Origin: an uncultured Planctomycetota bacterium
GTDB lineage: Bacteria; Planctomycetota; Planctomycetia; Isosphaerales; Isosphaeraceae
Direction: 5' to 3'
NCBI GenBank assembly: GCA_963823665.1
Contig: CAWGMQ010000005.1
Location: 576,001-640,000 of the forward strand
DNA length: 64,000 nt
Part shown: piece after piece, positions 12,507 through 22,296 of the stretch
Layout: every line of letters starts with the position of its first letter
Position numbering within the stretch: the stretch's first letter is position 1
The notes under the pieces: model-generated
Databases searched by the model: none
Told to the model about the DNA's origin: nothing
Seen by the model: the letters and a program-made list of their open reading frames with translations, nothing else
Made by a program: the position numbers and the translations under genes

Positions 12507-12611
12507 GTTCTCTCTGCTGCGGTGGTCCGAATCGCATCGATCGCTGTACCGCCTGAGCGTTCTCATCCATGGCAAGGCCGAAGAATCACGGCGCCCGATC
12601 CGCGTTCGATT

Positions 12612-13220
12612 TCACGAGGTTCCCCGACGCATCCGATGCGAGGGGGTGCTGAGGATTACGGAGCCGAATTGGAGCGGATCGGCGGGCCTCTCGCCCGGAT
12701 CCGACCCGGCCGGCCCGCCGGGCGCCTTCGCCCGTACGCCACCCGGAGCCGTCACCGGCACGCCGCCCCGATAGACCTGTTCCGGCGGCAAGGCGGCGGA
12801 CTTGTCGCCACACACACGGCCGATCGAGGGCGCGGCATTGAGCGCGTCATTGGCGACGGTGTTTCGCGTGACCGCTGGGATGACGGGAGCGCTCGCGTCT
12901 TCGGCGCCCGAACCCACGCTGATCGTCACGGCGGCTCCCGCACTCGACCCGGCCGGCGGCGTCGAGACCGGGCCGCCGCCGCCGGCACTACTCGCCGGCA
13001 GCAGGCTGGAGACGCCTCTCGTCATGGCGGCCGGCGTGAGGAAGCCGGGGCCGCCCGACTGGCCGAAGGGATCGGCCTCCGTGATCGGGAAGGGACTCAG
13101 CAGGAGGACGTAGCCGCCGGTCGTCTGCACGATGCCACCCGGGTTGGGGGTCACCGGCAGGAGACGATCCTCGAGTTCGCAGGCCCGCAGGTCCGGACAG
13201 TACTTCAAGTGCGCGTTCAT
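12612..13220 (-). CDS. Small Pro/Gly/Ala-rich protein with a planctomycete LEPR-XLL-like N-terminal motif
   Basis: MNAHLKYCPDLRACELEDRLLP; ATG overlaps the upstream stop codon (ATGA, 13217-13220). Confidence 0.6.
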   Translation of the reverse strand: MNAHLKYCPDLRACELEDRLLPVTPNPGGIVQTTGGYVLLLSPFPITEADPFGQSGGPGFLTPAAMTRGVSSLLPASSAGGGGPVSTPPAGSSAGAAVTISVGSGAEDASAPVIPAVTRNTVANDALNAAPSIGRVCGDKSAALPPEQVYRGGVPVTAPGGVRAKAPGGPAGSDPGERPADPLQFGSVILSTPSHRMRRGTS

Positions 13221-13503
13221 CGTCTCGTCTCCAGAAAGCACGCAGTGAGACCCGGGGAGTCGCGCACCTTGATCTCATTGGCGGTGATTGGCGTGCGAGT
13301 CATGGCCATGAGCGCGCATGCTGCGCCAATTGCCTCTCATGGTGGGACCGAGTATTTCCACTCAGGACGAGACCGGCGTCGCGGATCGACAGCCGGAAAT
13401 CGCGGAGCCGCCCCCCCAACCGCAGGCTGACCAACTCTTCGAGCTCGGCCAGCGTCTCAGGCGTCAAGTTGCCGGGTCCGCCAGCATCGGGTTCGCGATT
13501 CAT
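13217..13503 (-). CDS. BON-like small protein, 2-nt frameshift at a GCGCGC run near 13315
   Basis: RLGGRLRDFRL...GLVLSGNTRSHHERQLAQHA; removing CG gives ...LMAMTRTPITANEIKV, ending in an ATGA overlap. Confidence 0.6.
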
Positions 13504-13533
13504 GGCTGTACCTCCGAGATCGGATTGTCGGAA

Positions 13534-14370
13534 TCAGGCGCTCAGGAACAGCTTGGCGTGCTTCAAGAAGACCTCTGCATGTTGATACTGAGCGCCGTGG
13601 TTTGAGTCGGGATACATGATGAGCTGCGCATCCGGCAGGTGCTCCGCCAGGATGAACGCGTTGATCGGCAGCACCACAATGTCCTTGGTGCCGTGCACGA
13701 CGAGGGTCGGGTGCTTGATGTTCCTGAGTGTGGCGTATCGGTTACTCGACGGCACCGCCCCCCATTCTCGAATTGCGTGCAGTTGCGCCTCGGCCGTCCT
13801 CGGCGAGACGGGCCGGTCGCGGTCGGTGGTCCGCGCCGCTAAGCGATTCAGGTACGCCCGCCCGGCTGCCTGGCTCGCGTCGGTAGGCGAGAAAAACGCG
13901 GCGAGTAAGAATTGCTCCGGGTCGGCCCGCTCGTCGGACGACAGCTCCGTGAACGTCATGCCTTCCCCGCCCCGCGGGCCGGTCCCAAGCAGAATGATTC
14001 GGTTCACGCGGCCGGGATGGTCGAGCGCCATCTGCTGGGCGATCATACCGCCGAGAGAAAAGCCCACGACATTAAAGCTCTTCAAGCCCAAGGCGTTGCA
14101 AAACGCCAGGGCGTCCCGGGTCATCGCCGAGACTGTGCTCGGCGTTTCGCCGCCGGAGCTCGCGACCCCAGCGTTGTCGAACAGGATGACGTCGTACTCG
14201 GCGGCGAGGCCGTCGGTGACCTGAGGGTCCCAGTCGTCCAGGTTTCCGCTGAAGTAATTCAGGAAGACGAGCGGGACCGCTTGTTGCTTCCCCCAACGCC
14301 GGTAGGCGAACCGAATACGCTCCATCTCGACGTACCGCGTCGATGCAGTTGATGACGTTTCGCTGGTCAT
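13534..14370 (-). CDS. Alpha/beta hydrolase (278 aa)
   Basis: GFSLGG nucleophile elbow, VHGTKD acid, DSNHG catalytic His. Confidence 0.92.
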   Translation of the reverse strand: MTSETSSTASTRYVEMERIRFAYRRWGKQQAVPLVFLNYFSGNLDDWDPQVTDGLAAEYDVILFDNAGVASSGGETPSTVSAMTRDALAFCNALGLKSFNVVGFSLGGMIAQQMALDHPGRVNRIILLGTGPRGGEGMTFTELSSDERADPEQFLLAAFFSPTDASQAAGRAYLNRLAARTTDRDRPVSPRTAEAQLHAIREWGAVPSSNRYATLRNIKHPTLVVHGTKDIVVLPINAFILAEHLPDAQLIMYPDSNHGAQYQHAEVFLKHAKLFLSA

Positions 14371-14390
14371 GTCAGGATCTCGCCCTTCGA

Positions 14391-14663
14391 TCACTCCGCG
14401 AACGGAGACGCGTTGATCAGGTCGCAGAAATTGGGGGCCTTGTAACCGGCGACATGCCGCTCCCCGATCCCGGCCAGGAAGTTTCCGGCCGCCGTCTCCG
14501 GCTTTCGAACGACAATCTCGGCCGTGGCGTCCCGGGCCAGCTTGCTGTCCGGCAACGCGACCCCCGCCACCTCCCTGGGGATGGGCCACGTCTCCGGGGC
14601 TGCCTGGAGAACATCGCGCCGCCCCGCCCTCTGAACAGCGGCCTCATCATCTCTCGTCGCCAT
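14391..14663 (-). pseudogene. Internally deleted remnant of an HD-domain-family protein
   Basis: N-terminal VAGVALPDSKLARDAT joined directly to C-terminal KPET..GNF...NFCDLINASPF; no HD core; family recognised from memory. Confidence 0.55.
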
Positions 14664-14686
14664 GGTCGGCCCTCGATTGGATGAGC

Positions 14687-16081
14687 TCAGTACTCAAACC
14701 ACATTTTCAACGCCTTGATTTTCTCTGCGGTGTACGGCGGGAAGAGATGATCGATGGCCACATCGGGCGGCGAGATGAGCATCGACTTGGCATGGGTCAA
14801 CATGTCGAAGCCGGACTTCCCGTAATAGTGCCCCATTCCCGCCGACCCCACGCCCCCGAATGGCATCGATTCCACGTACAGGTGGATGTTTACCTGGTTG
14901 ACTGCGCCGCCGCCGAAAGAGAGTTCACCGACGAAGCGATCGATCGCGCTCTGGTCGCGGCTAAAGATGAAGGCCGCCAGCGGCTGCGGGGCGGCGGCAA
15001 TTCTGCTGAATGCCTCATCAAGCGTTCGGTACGTCAGAACAGGGAGGATCGGGCCGAAGACCTCTTCTTCCATGATCCGGTCGTCCCAGCTCACCGGATA
15101 GACGATCGTCGGGTCAAGGTACCGGTCTTCCGGGTCGGACCGGCCGCCGATGACCACCTTCGCCGGATCGATGAGGCCAGCGAGTCGCGAGGCCTCACGG
15201 GCACCGATGATGCGCGAATAATCGGGATTGACCTTCGGATCCTCACCGTAAAGGGCGACAACGGCCGCCTTCGCCTCCGCCACGAAGTCCTCGGCCACCG
15301 ACTCGTGCACGTAGGCGTAGCCGGGTGACGTGCACCATTGCCCGCCCCACGCCATCGCGCCCCAGACGATCTTCTTGGCTGCGTCCGGGACGTTGGCGGT
15401 TTCGTCGACGAGTGCGGGATTCTGCCCACCGAGCTCGAGCAGGACCGGCGTCAGATTCTCGGCCGCAGCCCGTGCGATCACCTTTCCGGTGCTCGTGCTG
15501 CCTGTAAAGAAAATGAAATCGAAGGGAAGCTTGAGAAGCTCCGTAACCTCTTCGCGATGACCGGTCACTGCGGCGACGGCGTCCGGCTCGAAATACTTCG
15601 GCACCAGATCGAGCAATAACGCGGACGTTGAATGTAGCTTCTCGCTCAGCTTGAGCACGCAGCAGTTGCCCGCCGCGAGCGCCGCGAGCGCAGGACGGAG
15701 CAGTAACAGGAGTGGGCCGTTGAAGGGGCCGATAATCAGGGCCACGCCGTACGGATCGCGATAGACGATGCCGCGATGCCCGGTGGCCGCGAGCGCCCGC
15801 GGCACTGGCGCCTCGGTCGGCGCCATCCAGTCCTTGAGCTGGCTCTTCTGGAACTCGACCTCGCCGAGGCACGCGAGCGACTCGAAGACCTGCTCCTGGC
15901 TGGCCGTCTTGAAATCCTGCGCGATCGCGCGCTGGAGTCTCGCCTCGTTCTCGCCGACGAGCCTGGCCATGCGGTCGAGCTGTTCGATTCGCCACGCGTA
16001 GCTCCGCGTGACGCCCGTCGCGAAATTTCGCTTCTGTCTCTCGAACAAACTCAGGAACGGATTCATGTCTGTGGTCGTCAT
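14687..16081 (-). CDS. Aldehyde dehydrogenase (ALDH3-like)
   Basis: FFTGST, LELGGQNP, GQWCTSP (catalytic Cys), EEVFGP, PFGGVGSAGMGHYYG; AAGGAG RBS before ATG 16081. Confidence 0.94.
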   Translation of the reverse strand: MTTTDMNPFLSLFERQKRNFATGVTRSYAWRIEQLDRMARLVGENEARLQRAIAQDFKTASQEQVFESLACLGEVEFQKSQLKDWMAPTEAPVPRALAATGHRGIVYRDPYGVALIIGPFNGPLLLLLRPALAALAAGNCCVLKLSEKLHSTSALLLDLVPKYFEPDAVAAVTGHREEVTELLKLPFDFIFFTGSTSTGKVIARAAAENLTPVLLELGGQNPALVDETANVPDAAKKIVWGAMAWGGQWCTSPGYAYVHESVAEDFVAEAKAAVVALYGEDPKVNPDYSRIIGAREASRLAGLIDPAKVVIGGRSDPEDRYLDPTIVYPVSWDDRIMEEEVFGPILPVLTYRTLDEAFSRIAAAPQPLAAFIFSRDQSAIDRFVGELSFGGGAVNQVNIHLYVESMPFGGVGSAGMGHYYGKSGFDMLTHAKSMLISPPDVAIDHLFPPYTAEKIKALKMWFEY

Positions 16082-16307
16082 CGCCGGCTCCTTCGGCTTG
16101 AGCACGTGCTCCTCGGCCCTGGGGGCATATCGCACCGGACGGTTGCCCCGGCCATGGATCGGCTCCCCTTGTTGCCCGCTGCTTCGGAACGCGCTCGCTC
16201 TTTGCCCGTTCGAAGTACTGAGAGTGGCGGGGGGACACCCTGCGGGATCTTCAGCTCCGGGACTACTCCGGGAGAGCTCTGCCACTCTCATAGCCTGTTT
16301 GGCCATG

Positions 16308-19300
16308 TCACTGCGCCTTGATTTGCCGGGCGCGCTTGAGAGTCTCCTCGACGTCGCTCCAGAGTGCGAGGCATTCCGCGCGTTCGGAGGGAGGCAGTTT
16401 GTCGATCGCAGTCCGCTCGCGAATCCCAATCAAGTCCGGTTCTTTCCCCCAATGTATCAACATGCTCCTGGCGAGATCACCTTCCGCGCGACGATTGCTC
16501 TCAAGCATCGTCGTCCACACCGGCAGGTCGGTCCGGAGCCATTCTCGCCCCTGATGGCGCCAGTGCGCCCGCTCCGTCTCGGCTAGCACGCTCCCGTCGC
16601 TGCCGAGTCCGCAACCTGCCAGTACCGCGCAGCGCGCGGCGTGGTAGCGGCACGCCGAGTTGAACACCTCGACCCGATCGAACGGGGGTTCAGGTCCGCG
16701 TGTTGCTCGAAAAACACAGTCCGCGTGCAAAAGAACGGCGAGCTGTGGGTCGGCCGCAAACGCGCCGGCGTACAGCCCAGCCGCAGTGACATAGCGGCGT
16801 TGGAAGACGCATATGCCCAGCAGCGCAAGCCGCTCGTCGTTGTCCTGCGGTTGGTGTTTTCCCTCGAGAAAAGCCGGCAGGTTCGGCAGGATCATGCTCT
16901 CTGCCTCGCGGCGCAGAATGTGGCTGATCCATACCGCGACCTGGTCCTGCTGGAATGACATGCGGAACGGATTCCAGTCAAACGCCCGGACGGCCTGCCC
17001 CATGGATTTGCGAGATTCCTTCCGTGAGCCCGATTGAAACTGGGCCATGGCCAGAGCCAGTCGCGGCCCGGCGCGCTGGGGGAGCCTTTCCGCCGCCTCC
17101 TGCAACAAGGGAATTGCCTGTAGTGGCCTGCCCGCACGATACTCCGCCAGCCCCTTGACGAACCGGAGATAAGGATTGCCAGGCTCAGGGGATTTTTCGC
17201 CAGCGGCGACGGCCCTGTCCGCCAAAAGAACGGCGCGCCGTAGCTCGTCGTCCGAGACCGGCAACAGCAGACAGGCCAGGCTGGTGCGCTCGGCGAGGAT
17301 CCAATCGTCGGAAGTCTCTCCGAATCGGTCCAGGAGCGCCTTGCGGGCGCGACGGTACGCGCCTTCATTTCCCAGGAACAGGCACAGTTGAGCATAGCCA
17401 TACCAGTCGCTGGGATTCCGTGGGTCGTATTCGAGCCTTTTCTCCCACGCGTCGCGGGCCTCCGTCAGGCCGTCTCGGGGAGTGATCACCCTCGCGAATT
17501 CCTGCACGGTGGGCGAATTGGGGTTCAGCGCAATGGCCCTCCGATAAGCGACGATGGCCGCATCCACATCACCGGTGGCGCCCAGTGCGTTGCCGAGCAT
17601 CCGATAGCCCTGGTCGCTGCTGGGGCGCACGGCGATTGCCGCGCGAAAGTATCCCGCGGCCAGTTGCGGGCGAGCCGGCTCTGCCTTGATCCAGTACTGA
17701 CCGAGCAGGTAATTGATCCAGAAATCCTCGGGATGACGCTGCTGGGCCTCGTTCAAGAGCGCCAGGGTTTCCTCGGTGTAATGACCTCCGACCAAGGCGC
17801 CGCCAAGCGCGGCGAGGATCACGGGCGCCTGGTCCGCCGCCTCCGGGGTGATCGCCAGCGTCTTCAGCTTGGTCGAGTCACGGGCCGCTAATGCATCCCG
17901 GAATGCTCGGCGCCATTCATCATCGTCCGCCAGGTCGACGATGGCACGCAGTTTGTAGCGGTTGGCATCCGATACCCAGAATAGCCAATCGTGCAGGAAC
18001 GCCAGCAGAGTTTCGTGGATTGCCGAATCTCGCAATCGGGCCGCCGCCTGCTGCGGGTGCCATCGACAGAGTGATCCCATACTTCTGGAACGCCTCGGCA
18101 TACATTCCTTCGGGAGAGAGCGGACCCGTTCCGGGACCGTTCGCCCCTTCGGACAGTCGCAGGCGGATGTCTTCGAGCTGTGCGACCATGTCCGCATCGT
18201 CGTGCGCTCGGCGCAGCCGCTCTCGCAACTGAGCGGGCGCCCTGCTGCTCAGCAGGCTCGGAGTTCCTTCCAGAGCCGCCCGCACCTCCGGCCAGCGGCC
18301 CTGCGCCTGCAACATGGCCGCATAGTCCAGCCGGGCCTCCACAACTCGCCAGGCCCGCTCCTCCTGGATCGCCATCTCCGCGCGTCGTTCAGCCCGTTGC
18401 CGCACCAGCCAGAAAGCGCCGCAAAGGGCCAGCCCAACTACCGCCAGGAGCGCCGCCTCCGCCGGCTTGCGGCGGCTCCATCGCAAGAGCCGCGCGCTCC
18501 TGCCCAGCCGCCTGGCGAGGATCGGTCGTCCCTCGCCGAAGCGCCTCAGATCGCCGGCCAGTTCCGCCGCGGTCGCGTAGCGGCGCTCCGGCTCCTTGTT
18601 CAGACACTTCAGGCAAACGGTCTCCAGGTCGCGCGGTACCTTCGCATTCAACTGCGAGGGAGCAGCCGGGTCCTGGTTGATCAGTTGCGACACGGTCTCC
18701 GCCGCGGTCTCCGCCCGGAATGGCGGCCGGCCGGTTAACAACTCGTAGAGAACGGCCCCCAAGGCGTAAACGTCCGTCGCAGGCCCGATCGCGGCCCTTC
18801 GGCCCTGGGCCTGCTCGGGGGCCATGTAGCTCGGTGTACCCATCGCGGTGCCGCTCTGCGTGAGCCCACCGCCGTCTTGCAGTCTTCGGGCCAAACCGAA
18901 ATCCGAAATCTTGGGCGCACCGCCCGCGGTGAGCAGGATGTTGGCCGGCGTGAGATCACGATGGATGACTCCACTTTCGTGAGCGACCTGGATGGCCTCG
19001 GCGATCGTAGCGACCAGCGCGGCCGCCTGGCCGGCTGGCTGGGGCGTGCCCGCAAGCTTCTGGGCCAGGTTGCCGCCCTCGACGAATTCCATCGTGAAGT
19101 ATGGCCGGCCATCAACGTCACCGACGTCGTGGACCTGGACGATATTCGCGTGCCGCAGTCCAGCTACGGCTTCCGCTTCGCGCAAGAACCGCTCCAGCTC
19201 CGCCGGCCGCGCGTAGGCGCCCGCGAGCAGCATTTTCAGGGCGACGGGACGGTTCAAGCGGAAGTGCCACGCCTTGTAGACGACACCCATGCCGCCGCGG

Positions 19301-19554
19301 CCCAGAACCCCCTGCACTTCATAGCCCCGGATTCGCGGCAGGACGGTGGTCTGCATACTGGATGGCCCGGACCCGTCTGAAGAGCTGGACTCGGGAAACC
19401 ACGCGTCCAACTGAGCGTCACACGCATGCAGACGCTGCCAGCGTTCGATCAACTCCGGCAGCAACTCCGGGGAATGACGACACACTTCTTCCGGCGTAGC
19501 CCCCGATTCCAGCAGCTCTTCGAGCAGCTCTTGAACGCGCGGATCACTGGCCAT
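16308..19554 (-). CDS. Ser/Thr protein kinase with TM segment and TPR repeats, frameshift near 18055
   Basis: GRGGMG, HRDLTPAN, DFG, GTPSYMAPEQ; TPR-like helices in 16308..18197; N-terminus MASDPRVQELLEELL nearly identical to the STK at 8404. Confidence 0.88.
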
Positions 19555-19564
19555 CGGGTCTCTC

Positions 19565-19756
19565 CCAGGCCGCACCAAGCCGAAGACTCCCCGCTTGTGT
19601 TCCGGCAGGTTGTCGACGGCGTCCCGCTTGCGTCGGCCTTCCGGAGTGATTCCGGAACCGCTGCTCGACGACCCCAGAATGAATCCATCGCGCAGTGACA
19701 CCGCAGCGGGCTACTTGTCTAAGAGGCGGGGCAGGTCATTCGAGTTGCCAGCTCAT
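19565..19756 (-). pseudogene. Remnant of an ECF sigma factor, paralogous to 8477..9095
   Basis: DNA aligns by eye to about 8621-8810; SSGSGITPEGRRKRDAVDNLPEHKRGVFGLVR versus SSGSGISADGRRMLDAIDKLPDEEREVFGLVR. Confidence 0.85.
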
Positions 19757-19806
19757 TTCTCGTGTCCCCATCCCACTCTCAACTTGAGCGGCCAAGGAGA
19801 ATAGCA

Positions 19807-20574
19807 ATGTCGAAGGAGAGTGAAATGAAACTGACAGGCAATACAATCTTCATCACGGGCGGCGGTTCAGGCATTGGACGTGGATTGGCTGAAGCGCTGC
19901 ATAAGCGCGGCAACCAAATCATCATTTCGGGACGCCGCAACGCCAAGCTTGCGGAAGTAACGAAGGCCAATCCCGGCATGCAATCAATAGAACTTAATGT
20001 CGAAGACCCCGCCAGCATCGCGGCGACCGCGAAGGAACTTGTAACAAAATATCCCAAACTGAACGTATTGTTCAACAACGCGGGCATCATGCATATCGAC
20101 GATTTAGCTGGTCCGGTCGATGACGCCATGGCCATAGCGACCGTCACCACCAACCTGCTCGGGCCTATACGCATGACCTCGGCGCTCATCGAACATCTCA
20201 AAAAGCAAAAAACGGCGACCATCATCAACACAGGGTCGGTGCTGGGCTTCGTGCCGCTGGCGATGGCTGGTGTTTACTCCTCGACCAAGGCGGCCATGCA
20301 CTCCTATTCGCAGTCACTGCGTTACAGGCTCGAAGGCACCTCGGTCAGAGTACAGGAAATCGCACCGCCGTGGGTGCAGACCGATTTGCTCAACAGCAAT
20401 GATGAACCGCGCGCGATGCCTTTGCCGGCCTTCATCGAGGAAACGATGAAGGCGCTCGCGACGGATGCCAATGAGGTTCTGGTCGAACTCGCCAGGCCGC
20501 TACGCAACAATCCAGGCCCGAATGAAGCGGCTTTCGTGAAGCAATTCAATGATATGATGGCACAATCACAGTGA
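19807..20574 (+). CDS. Short-chain dehydrogenase/reductase (DltE-like)
   Basis: TGGGSGIG, NNAG, YSSTK; AAGGAG RBS; alternative start at 19825. Confidence 0.93.
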   Translation: MSKESEMKLTGNTIFITGGGSGIGRGLAEALHKRGNQIIISGRRNAKLAEVTKANPGMQSIELNVEDPASIAATAKELVTKYPKLNVLFNNAGIMHIDDLAGPVDDAMAIATVTTNLLGPIRMTSALIEHLKKQKTATIINTGSVLGFVPLAMAGVYSSTKAAMHSYSQSLRYRLEGTSVRVQEIAPPWVQTDLLNSNDEPRAMPLPAFIEETMKALATDANEVLVELARPLRNNPGPNEAAFVKQFNDMMAQSQ

Positions 20575-20632
20575 TCTGGCCGACGAGGAGGAACGTGCGG
20601 AGGCATTGCGCGAACCTGGCTCGGAGATCGTC

Positions 20633-21175
20633 ATGACTGCCCACTCTCATGAAACGGCACCTACGGAATTCATCGAAGCCAATGGCATTCGGTTCGCCTA
20701 TCGCCGATTCGGCGGGGGTGGACGCATCCCCCTTGTTTTCCTACAGTATTTTAGCGCCAACATGGATGCCTGGGATCCCGCGGTGACCAATGGATTTGCC
20801 GCTGATCGCGAGGTCATTCTGTTTAACAATGCCGGCATCGCAAGTTCCCGAGGCGAAACACCGGCTTCTGTGTTGGAGATGATGCGAGATTGTGTGACGT
20901 TTCTTGATGCTCTCGGATTGGAGCAGATCGACGTTCTGGGCTATTCTCTGGGAGGGATGATCGCGCAACAATTGAGCCTTGATCATCCCAACTACGTTAG
21001 ACGCGTCATTGTTCACGGCAATCACGACATTGTGGTCTCGCCGATTAATGCACTGATACTGACGCAACGACTGCCACACGCTCAGCTAATTATCTATCCC
21101 GACTCTGGTCATGGCGCTCCATTTCAGCACGCCGGCCTGTTCCTGAAGCACGCGACAATGTTCTTGAGCGCATAA
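20633..21175 (+). CDS. Alpha/beta hydrolase with a 98-aa in-frame internal deletion (possible pseudogene)
   Basis: Colinear with 13534..14370 except at the join YVRRVI|VHGNHD; GYSLGG, Asp and His motifs retained. Confidence 0.8.
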   Translation: MTAHSHETAPTEFIEANGIRFAYRRFGGGGRIPLVFLQYFSANMDAWDPAVTNGFAADREVILFNNAGIASSRGETPASVLEMMRDCVTFLDALGLEQIDVLGYSLGGMIAQQLSLDHPNYVRRVIVHGNHDIVVSPINALILTQRLPHAQLIIYPDSGHGAPFQHAGLFLKHATMFLSA

Positions 21176-21212
21176 GAAAAACGACCTAATCCAATGATCG
21201 GAGGCAGAGCGT

Positions 21213-22262
21213 ATGCGCGTCGTCAGTTCCTTGGCCGTGATCATGGCGGTCGTCGCGGCGAGGTCGACATCGGCCCCGGCCCAGGATCCGCCTAGAGTCG
21301 AATCATCGCGTGAGGCGCCCCACCGCTCACCGGCGAAGCTCGATGGAGACGTCGCGCGGCTATTTCGATACGAGCCGACGGGTCTCTCCCTGACCCGGTC
21401 CTACGAGCGTGGCAAGATACCCGTACTCTTCATCCACGGGCTCTGGGCCAACCCGTCTTCGTGGTCCCTGATGATCGAAAGCCTGGAGGCCGATCCGGCG
21501 CTCGCCGACCGGTTTCAGTTCTGGACGTACGGCTACTCGACGGGCGACCCGATCCCCTATTCGGCTTCACTCTTGCGGCACAACCTGGACGAAGCGCGCC
21601 GGAAGTTCGACCCTGACGGCTCGGATGGGGCGTACGACCGGATGGTCCTGGTGGGTCACAGCATGGGCGGGCTGCTGAGCAAGATGATGGTCCAGGAGAG
21701 CGGCACGCACTTGTGGCAGGTAGTCAGCGACCGGCCCGTCGACGAGCTCGCAGGCGACCCGGTCGATCGCGACATCTTGCTCCACGCGCTGATCTTCAAG
21801 CCGCGAGCGGAGGTCCGTCGCGTAATCTTCATCAGCACGCCCCACCGTGGCAGCCGTCTCGATTCCGGCGGACTGGGGCACCTTGGCTCGCGGCTCGTTC
21901 GCCTCCCCGACCCGCTCCGGGCGTCGTACAGCCGGCTCATCGCCCGCAATGGACCAAACTTCTTCCACCCGTTCTTCCGCAAGAGCCTGCCCACCAGCGT
22001 CGACGAGCTCGAGTGGCAATCGCGCTTCCTCATGGGGTTGGATGCCACCCGACGCGCTGCGACGATCGAGGCCCATTCCATTATCGCAGACCGGCGCGAC
22101 CCTCCCCTGGCTGGCGGTACCGACGGTCTGGTCCCCTACGAAAGCGCGCATCTCGACGGCACGGCTTCCGAGTTTCTCGTGTCTTCGGGCCACCTGTGCC
22201 AGGAAAATCCCGCCGTGATCCGCGAGGTTCGGCGGATTCTCGTGGAGCACGGCGCCCGGTGA
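21213..22262 (+). CDS. Secreted alpha/beta-fold lipase/esterase (PGAP1-like)
   Basis: Signal peptide, FIHGLW, GHSMGG, TPHRGS, DGLVPY, GHLCQ. Confidence 0.88.
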   Translation: MRVVSSLAVIMAVVAARSTSAPAQDPPRVESSREAPHRSPAKLDGDVARLFRYEPTGLSLTRSYERGKIPVLFIHGLWANPSSWSLMIESLEADPALADRFQFWTYGYSTGDPIPYSASLLRHNLDEARRKFDPDGSDGAYDRMVLVGHSMGGLLSKMMVQESGTHLWQVVSDRPVDELAGDPVDRDILLHALIFKPRAEVRRVIFISTPHRGSRLDSGGLGHLGSRLVRLPDPLRASYSRLIARNGPNFFHPFFRKSLPTSVDELEWQSRFLMGLDATRRAATIEAHSIIADRRDPPLAGGTDGLVPYESAHLDGTASEFLVSSGHLCQENPAVIREVRRILVEHGAR

Positions 22263-22296
22263 TCGCCGACCGGGCGAACGGAAGGTTCCCGGGTTC

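Noticed and set aside
11580..13430. 616-aa + strand ORF, and the many similar long overlapping ORFs (for example 40296..41579, 54838..56346, 58998..60524)
   Set aside because: Opposite-strand or alternative-frame shadows of well-supported genes, expected in high-GC DNA.
16082..16429. N-terminal extension of the ALDH ORF, or a separate small gene
   Set aside because: A good RBS supports the start at 16081. The upstream stretch may be another remnant, but I cannot assign it.
19716..19747. TGTCT...CGAGTTG as a third copy of the candidate ECF promoter, before the SDR
   Set aside because: The spacing differs (20 nt) and the sequence is explained as decayed ECF coding sequence.
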